Below, in pieces: positions 55,765 through 64,000 of a DNA stretch of 64,000 bases (its first letter is position 1; every line of letters begins with the position of its first letter). This stretch comes from Macrostomum lignano (Eukaryota). The position numbers were made by a program, and so were the translations under genes. A model generated the notes under the pieces. That model did not search any database and had not been told where the DNA came from. It was given only the letters and a program-made list of their open reading frames with translations. The stretch spans positions 426,568 through 490,567 of the forward strand of contig NIVC01000655.1 of the NCBI GenBank assembly GCA_002269645.1, written 5' to 3'.

Positions 55765-56117
55765 TTGTCCTCCCTTAATCAGGGGTTCATTGTCCTCCCT
55801 TAATCAGGGGTTCATTGTCCTCCTTAATCAGGGGATCATTGTCCTCCCTTAATCAGGGGATCATTGTCCTCCCTTAATCAGGGGATCATTGTCCTCCTTA
55901 ATCAGGGGATCATTGTCCTCACTTAATCAGGGGATCATTGTCCTCCCTTAATCAGGGGATCATTGTCCTCCCTTAATCAGGGGATCATTGTCCTCACTTA
56001 ATCAGGGGATCATTGTCCTCCCTTAATCAGGGGATCATTGTCCTCACTTAATCAGGGGATCATTGTCCTCACTTAATAAGGGGATCATTGTCCTCACTTA
56101 ATCAGGGGATCATTGTC
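55765..56117. repeat. 24/25-bp minisatellite
   Basis: Tandem ATTGTCCTCCCTTAATCAGGGGATC. Confidence 0.94.
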
Positions 56118-56767
56118 TCTTTTAGGGTCACTCCAAGTCTGGCCTTATTTTTTCTTTCTCGCTCGACGCAGTCTCTGCCAGTTTTCTAGCAAACAAAGTT
56201 AAATGACACCATATCTTTCGTGATCATGTTTACAATAACGGTAATAAAATTCTAGTTGGCTACTATTATCAAGCTGTAGCACTGTATTAATATAAATTTA
56301 ATTTTTGCAATTAAGTTTTCTGTATTTATTTGCTGTATAATATCATGCGGCCCAGAAGCACTTCTATTTTTTTAGAGTTAATAGTCTCTAAATCATTGGA
56401 TGTATATTAATTAGCAACATTTCCCTAATATTTCTACTTATGTAGTAGCTGATAGAGGCTATTAGCTCGTAATTATTCCAAACTTTTCCATCCGTATATA
56501 TTATTGCTGTCTACAGTAGTACTTATTTAATCATTCTGCTATTATTCTTGCGTATACTAAAGTACCCTGGTATTTATTTATTTATTGTTTAAAAGTTGAA
56601 ACTAATCGGAAAGTTTTGCACTTTCTTTTTGGTATGCTCGTCTAAAAATAATAATATAATATGCAAGTATTGCAACTATTTGCTTCTGCGCAACACTTAT
56701 TATTAACTGATGTACTGCATTAATGCGTTGGTGTTTCCTTGCATTTTTATTCACAATCAATTATCAC

Positions 56768-57590
56768 GGACAGGGGAGGGTGGGATCACACAGTGCAGGG
56801 TGGGTTCACACAGACAGTGCAGGGTGGGTTCACACAGACAGTGCAGGGTGGGATCACACTGGCAGTACAGGGTGGGATCACACTGGCAGTACAGGGTGGG
56901 ATCACACTGGCAGTACAGGGTGGGTTCACACAGACAGTGCAGGGTGGGATCACACTGGCAGTACAGGGTGGGATCACACAGACAGTGCAGGGTGCGATCA
57001 CACTGGCAGTACAGGGTGGGATCACACTGGCAGTACAGGGTGGGATCACACAGACAGTGCAGGGTGGGATCACACTGGCAGTACAGGGTGGGATCACACT
57101 GGCAGTACAGGGTGGGTTCACACAGACAGTGCAGGGTGGGATCACACTGGCAGTACAGGGTGGGATCACACTGGCAGTACAGGGAGGGATCACACTGGCA
57201 GTACAGGGTGGGATCACACAGACAGTGCAGGGTGGGATCACACTGGCAGTACAGGGTGGGATCACACTGGCAGTACAGGGTGGGTTCACACAGACAGTGC
57301 AGGGTGGGATCACACTGGCAGTACAGGGTGGGATCACACTGGCAGTACAGGGAGGGATCACACTGGCAGTACAGGGTGGGATCACACAGACAGTGCAGGG
57401 TGGGATCACACTGGCAGTACAGGGTGGGATCACACTGGCAGTACAGGGTGGGATCACACTGGCAGTACAGGGTGGGATCACACTGGCAGTGCAGGGTGGG
57501 ATCACACTGGCAGTACAGGGTAGAATCACATGGACAGTACAGGGCGGAATCACACTGGTAGTACAGGGTGGAATCACACATAAAGGAGGT
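56768..57590. repeat. 24-bp minisatellite related to the RCC2 intron 2 repeat
   Basis: Tandem GGGTGGGATCACACTGGCAGTACA and GGGTGGGATCACACAGACAGTGCA. Confidence 0.95.
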
Positions 57591-57934
57591 CGGGGTCACT
57601 CACACAGGAAAGTGTGATCCCACAAATAATAGTTGCATCAGCAGGCACCCAAATACCCCTTTCTATATTCCTCCCTTATTGGCCGTCTGCTAGTTTCTCT
57701 GTGCGAACAGCCAAAAATATCCCCTAAAGCAGTTCTCTGCGCTGGTTCAACATTGGTCGCAGGTGCACCATTTTCTTGCGATGGAATTTCAAAAAAGCAG
57801 TTCTTTTGCTTTTTCTGTTGTGTCCTGCAGCTGTCGATGCGCTAGTAGGGCGGCTTGTGTTTGGTCCAGCAGCTTTCTCCATCAAGTTGCTAACTGCCCC
57901 GACTCCGGGAGCCCAGGATGACTTTTTTGGATTT

Positions 57935-59620
57935 GCCTGTTTTTCCCATCCTTTCTGTGTGTCTTTCCCATCCTTTCTGTGTGTCTTTCCCATCCTTTCT
58001 GTGTGTCTTTCCTATCCTTTCTGTGTGTCTTTCCCACCCTTTCTGTGTGTCTTTCCCACCCTTTCTGTGTGTCTTTCCCACCCTTTCTGTGTGTCTTTCC
58101 CACCCTTTCTGTGTGTCTTTCCCATCCTTTCTGTGTGTCTTTCCCACCCTTTCTGTGTGTCTTTCCCACCCTTTCTGTTTGTCTTTCCCATCCTTTCTGT
58201 GTGTCTTTCCCACCCTTTCTGTGTGTCTTTCCCACCCTTTCTGTTTGTCTTTCCCATCCTTTCTGTGTGTCTTTCCCACCCTTTCTGTGTGTCTTTCCCA
58301 CCCTTTCTGTGTGTCTTTCCCATCCTTTCTGTGTGTCTTTCCCACCCTTTCTGTGTGCCTTTCCCACCCTTTCTGTTTGTCTTTCCCATCCTTTCTGTGT
58401 GTCTTTCCCACCCTTTCTGTGTGTCTTTCCCATCCTTTCTGTGTGTCTTTCCCACCCTTTCTGTGTGTCTTTCCCACCCTTTCTGTTTGTCTTTCCCATC
58501 CTTTCTGTGTGTCTTTCCCACCCTTTCTGTGTGTCTTTCCCACCCTTTCTGTGTGTCTTTCCCACCCTTTCTGTTTGTCTTTCCCACCCTTTCTGTGTGT
58601 CTTTCCCACCCTTTCTGTGTGTCTTTCCCATCCTTTCTGTGTGTCTTTCCCACCCTTTCTGTGTGTCTTTCCCATCCTTTCTGTGTGTCTTTCCCATCCT
58701 TTCTGTGTGTCTTTCCTACCCTTTCTGTGTGTCTTTCCCACCCTTTCTGTTTGTCTTTCCCACCCTTTCTGTGTGTCTTTCCCACCCTTTCTGTGTGTCT
58801 TTCCCACCCTTTCTGTGTGTCTTTCCCACCCTTTCTGTGTGTCTTTCCCATCCTTTCTGTTTGTCTTTCCCATCCTTTCTGTGTGTCTTTCCCACCCTTT
58901 CTGTGTGTCTTTCCCACCCTTTCTGTGTGTCTTTCCCATCCTTTCTGTGTGTCTTTCCCACCCTTTCTGTGTGTCTTTCCCACCCTTTCTGTTTGTCTTT
59001 CCCATCCTTTCTGTGTGTCTTTCCCACCCTTTCTGTGTGTCTTTCCCACCCTTTCTGTTTGTCTTTCCCATCCTTTCTGTGTGTCTTTCCCACCCTTTCT
59101 GTGTGTCTTTCCCACCCTTTCTGTGTGTCTTTCCCATCCTTTCTGTGTGTCTTTCCCACCCTTTCTGTGTGTCTTTCCCATCCTTTCTGTGTGTCTTTCC
59201 CATCCTTTCTGTGTGTCTTTCCCACCCTTTCTGTGTGTCTTTCCCACCCTTTCTGTTTGTCTTTCCCATCCTTTCTGTGTGTCTTTCCCACCCTTTCTGT
59301 GTGTCTTTCCCACCCTTTCTGTTTGTCTTTCCCATCCTTTCTGTGTGTCTTTCCCACCCTTTCTGTGTGTCTTTCCCATCCTTTCTGTGTGTCTTTCCCA
59401 CCCTTTCTGTGTGCCTTTCCCACCCTTTCTGTTTGTCTTTCCCATCCTTTCTGTGTGTCTTTCCCACCCTTTCTGTGTGTCTTTCCCACCCTTTCTGTGT
59501 GTCTTTCCCACCCTTTCTGTTTGTCTTTCCCATCCTTTCTGTGTGTCTTTCCCACCCTTTCTGTGTGCCTTTCCCATCCTTTCTGTGTCTTTCCCACCCT
59601 TTCTGTGTGCCTTTCCCACC
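57935..59620. repeat. 22-bp minisatellite
   Basis: Tandem TTCCCACCCTTTCTGTGTGTCT. Confidence 0.97.
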
Positions 59621-60253
59621 CCTATTCATTGGCATTCGCAGCCGAAGGCACTACAAATAATAAAAAGCTTGTGATGGTTGCAATAATTATAGTTATAAGC
59701 ATAGCTCAGGTAAAAAAATGATCACTATTATTGGCACAGCGAGACCGGAACTTCTATTACCTTTCATCTACATATATGTGGATGAAGGAACCGGATGCAG
59801 GGCTAGAAAAGATCCGCCCTGATCCAAAGATTGCGGAGGGTGGTGGTGGTTTGCGCCTCACCCCTCAAGCAGTCGCGGGGCAAGAGAAATGATTGAGCAG
59901 GCTGGCGCGTGGACTCTGCACTACCTCAGATGATGTGCCCAGAGCTGCTCTGGCAATGAGATACGGACCTATTGGGGTGCATGGGCGGATAGGGTGTGCG
60001 GTGTTAGACCGAATTATTGAGACTGACCTGGATGCTAACAGAGCTATATGGGCCCTTCACCTGTCTGTCTGACTGTCATATGCGCGCCTTATGCAAGGGA
60101 ATAGTGTCATAGCTAAAATCCTCTCGGCGCACTGGATGGTCACGTTCTCTGCTGCACTTGAGAAAGCGTGAATTTGGAATTCGAATATTAAAACGAATAT
60201 GTCACGCGTAGGATGTAGTTTAGCGCCTATATAGCCTTGCTGCATCCACTGGT

Positions 60254-60254
<1 letters not shown>

Positions 60255-60305
<51 letters not shown>

Positions 60306-60336
60306 TATAGATAGAAAGATAGATAGATAGATAGAT

Positions 60337-60388
<52 letters not shown>

Positions 60389-60449
60389 GGATAGATAGAT
60401 AAGATAGATAGATGGATAGATAGATAGATAGATAGATGGATAGATAGAT

Positions 60450-60512
<63 letters not shown>

Positions 60513-60513
60513 G

Positions 60514-60576
<63 letters not shown>

Positions 60577-60577
60577 C
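60255..60577. repeat. (GATA)n microsatellite
   Basis: Direct reading; a shorter tract at about 60708-60748. Confidence 0.97.
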
Positions 60578-60706
60578 AAAAGGCAGTTTCAAACTGCAAA
60601 CCACACACACGGAAATATTGAAGAACGTTAGTTGTCGAATATTCAGAAACCAATATTTCGGCCCTTTCGACCAATCTATCTATTTCGACCAATATTCTAT
60701 ATATCT

Positions 60707-60747
<41 letters not shown>

Positions 60748-61362
60748 AGAGCCGCATCCACCTCCATGCCTTTTGCGGAAGCCCCACAAGTAGTAAGTCT
60801 CAAAATTTCTCGCTCTTGTGAAGGATTACCAATGCTGATGATGGGGGAATTTATGGGACAAGAATCAAGCAAAAAATCCTCTCCATCTCACAGGGCTCCA
60901 CTCTAATCCTTTGGACAAAAAAGATCCACTGTCTCGGGCTTGTGCACCCTCCCCCAAGCGCTTTCTCGGGTTGGCTCGATCTCATGCAGTCTGGCTTCAG
61001 TGATCAATATCGAATTGACAGATTAGCATCGTATTAGTAGCAATCGTAGATTTTCGAGTGTAGCTGTGTATGAGTAATTATGTTATTCTCTGTTGTATTC
61101 ATGCGCGTTGTGCCTGCGGGTTTGTGTTGTTAAAACAATCGCAGGGAGTCGGGTGGCTTGCCGGACAGCAGCTCGTGACATTCTCCTGCTGTGTAATTGG
61201 GCAAAGGGTTCACTTGGAATACTGTGATGCGTGTGCTGCATACAATCAGATTTTGTAAGCTTTTGTAGGACAGGCTGAGGCCTGCACTGAGATTCTCGGC
61301 TGCGGTGGCTGTGTCAGATGCCTGGGGATTCAGCATCTCATTGGATCTACTTTTTTGTCTCT

Positions 61363-62985
61363 CTTCCTTCTCCTCTCTCATCTCTCTCCTCTCCTCTCCT
61401 CTCCTCTCCTCTCTCCCCTCTCCTCCCTCTCCTCCCTCTCCTCTCCTCTCCTCTCCTCTCCTCTCCTCCCCTCTCCTCCCTCTCCTCTCCTCTCCTCTCC
61501 TCCTCTCACCTCCCCACTTTTCCTCTCCTCTCCTCTCCTCTCCTCTCCTCTCCTCTCCTCCCCTCTCCTCCCTCCTCTCCTCTCCTCTCCTCCTCTCACC
61601 TCCCCACTTTTCCTCTCCTCTCCTCTCCTCTCCTCTCCTCCCCTCTCCTCCCCTCTCCTCTCCTCTCCTCCTCTCACCTCCCCACTTTTCCTCCCTCTCC
61701 TCTCCTCTCCTCTCTCCCCTCCCTCTCCTCTCCTCTCCTCTCCTCTCCTCTCCTCTCTCCCCCCCCTCTCCTCTCCTCTCCTCCCCTCCCCTCTCCTCTC
61801 CTCTCCTCTCCTCTCCTCTCCTCCCCTCCCCTCTCCTCTCCTCCCCTCCCCTCTCCTCTCCTCTCCTCCCCTCCCCTCTCCTCTCCTCTCCTCTCCTCTC
61901 TCTCCTCCCCTCCCCCTCTCTCCTCTCCTCTCCTCTCCTCTCCTCTCCTCTCCTCTCCTCCCCTCTCCTCTCCTCTCCTCTCCTCTCCTCTCCTCTCCTC
62001 CCCTCCCCTCTCCTCTCCTCTCCTCCCTCCCCTCTCCTCTCCTCTCCTCTCCTCTCCTCCCCTCCCCTCTCCTCTCCTCTCCTCTCCTCTCCTCCCCTCC
62101 CCTCTCCCTCTCTCCTCCCTCCCTCTCCTCTCCTCTCCTCCCCTCTCCTCTCCTCCCTCTCCTCTCCCTCCTCCCCCCCTCCCCTCTCCTCTCCTCCCCT
62201 CCCCTCTCCTCTCCTCTCCTCTCCTCTCCTCTCCTCCCCTCCCTCTCCTCTCCTTTCCTCTCCTCTCCTCTCCTCTCCTCTCCTCTCCTCTCCTCCCCTC
62301 CCCTCTCCTCTCCTCTCTCCGTCTCCTCTCCTCTCCTCTCCTCTCCTCTCCTCTCCTCCCCCCTCTCCTCTCCTTTCCTCTCTCCTCTCTCCTCTCCTCT
62401 CCTCTCCTCTTCTCTCCTCTCCTCTTCTCTCCTCTCCTCCCCTCCCCTCTCCTCTCCTTTCCTCTCCTCCCTCCTCTCCTCTCCTCTCCTCTCCTCCCTC
62501 CCCTCCTCTCCTCTCTTCCTCTCCTCTCCTCCCCTCCCCTCTCCTCTCCTCTCCTCTCCTCTCCCCTCTCCTCTCCTTTCCTCTCCTCTCCTCTCCTCTC
62601 CTCTCCTCTCCTCTCCTCCCTCCCTCTCCTCTCCTCTCCTCTCCTCTCCTCCCTCCCTCCCTCTCCTCTCCTCTCCTCTCCTCTCCTCTCCTCTCCTCTC
62701 CTCCCCTCCCCTCCTCTCCTCTCCTCTCCTCTCCTCTCCTCCCCTCCCTCTCCTCTCCTCTCCTCTCCTCCCCTCCCCTCTCCTCTCCTCTCCTCTTCTC
62801 TCCTCCTCTCTCTCCTCTCCTCTCCTCCCTCTCTCTCCTCTCCTCTCCTCCCCTCTCCCTCTCCTCTCCTCTCCTCTCCTCCCCTCCCCTCTCCTCTCCT
62901 CTCCTCTTCTCTCCTCTCCTCTCCTCTCTCTCCTCTCCTCTTCTTCCTCTCCTCTCCTCCCCTCTCCTCTCCTCTCCTCTTTACC
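61363..62985. repeat. (CTCCT)n polypyrimidine tract
   Basis: About 1.6 kb almost exclusively C/T. Confidence 0.97.
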
Positions 62986-63651
62986 TAAAATACCAGTAGT
63001 CAGTTTGGACAGCCGGGCTGCAGCACTTTACAGAAATAGGAGGTGAAGTTGGGCACAGAGGAAAGAAGGCTTATCAGTTTTGTTGGTTGTTAAGAAAAGA
63101 AAATGTCTCAATATACAATTTGGAAAATGAGTAGTCTCGCCTAAAAAGTAATAAAGGCTAAAGTTATTGAATCTCAGAAACCAAGGTGAACAAATCTACC
63201 AATCTATATAAGGCAGCAGTCCAGAGTACAGTAGAGCTAAATCAAAACCTTAATAGTTAATCCACTAAGATCCCAATTAAGTGAACCAGTAGGCCAGACC
63301 CCAGGAAGGGATGATCCCTCGGAATTTATCCTTAGATTATGCTGCTTGAACACATCTTACTGTCTGGCACCCCTGGCTACCTCTGTTCTCTCCTGCTGAC
63401 TGTAAGACCTCTGCTAACTAATTAGCCATGTACCAGATTTGCTAGCATGCAGTCAACGACAGTACTATTTTTGGATCAGACTGATTGATTTATTACCCAT
63501 TGCGTACGTATATTACACAGATATGAATGTATACGTACGCTTAATAAGTATTAGGATATAGGGTGGACATGCAGAAGAACACTTGGTTTCGTGTTGTCAT
63601 GCATTGGGGAGTCTCAGAGATTTGAAGTCTAGAGCTGAGTTGAGAAGTAAC

Positions 63652-64000
63652 AGAGGAGAGAAGAGGAGAGGAGGGAGAGGAGAGAGGAGTAGAAGAGAAG
63701 AGGGAGGAGGGGGAGGGAGGAGAGAGAGGATGGGAGAGGAGAGGGGAGAGGAGAGAAGAAGAGGAGGGGAGAGGAGAGGGGAGGAGAAGAGAGGAGAGGA
63801 GAGGAAGGAGAGGAGAGGAGAGGAGAGGAGAGAGGGGAGAGGAGAGGATAGAAGAGAGAGGAGAGGAGAGGAGGAGAGGAGAGGGGAGAAGAAGAGAGGA
63901 GGAGAGGAGGGAGAGGAGAGAGAGGAGAGGAGAGGATAGAAGAGGAGAGGAGAGGAGAGGAAGAAGGAGAGGAGAGAGAGAAGAGGAGAGGAGAGAGTAG
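63652..64000. repeat. (AGGAG)n polypurine tract, runs off the window
   Basis: Direct reading; complementary to the 61363-62985 tract. Confidence 0.95.

Noticed and set aside
59617-59700. Signal-peptide-like minus-strand mini-ORF MLITIIIATITSFLLFVVPSAANANE
   Set aside because: It ends in TAG before any donor site and AT-rich DNA easily yields hydrophobic runs.
56710-63046. Very long ORFs (260-630 aa)
   Set aside because: They are translations of 22-bp, 24-bp and CTCCT repeats open in several frames on both strands.

Overview
AT-rich animal genomic DNA with GC-rich exons and tandem repeats in most introns. This architecture suggests a flatworm such as Macrostomum, which is inference only. Six protein-coding genes were reconstructed by hand from splice sites and recalled family motifs: CFAP45 (+), mitochondrial RBFA (-), a RILP-like gene (-), EFCAB7 (+), an unassigned gene with AKAP-like amphipathic helices and a near-perfect RFX X-box (-), and RCC2 (+). 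Mobile DNA includes a decayed but complete hAT element with 8-bp TSD, several MITEs, a CCCAGTG-TIR element, a tRNA-derived SINE family and a non-LTR RT fragment. Most notable: (1) RBFA has no in-frame ATG before its apparent targeting peptide and lies just downstream of the co-oriented RILP-like gene, consistent with an operon and a spliced-leader-supplied AUG; (2) an 11.5-kb inverted-repeat-bounded element in EFCAB7 intron 3 carries 35 tandem 238-bp units that each begin with a copy of its own terminal motif; (3) the AKAP-like gene has an in-frame TAA followed by 45 coding-like codons. No database searches were run.
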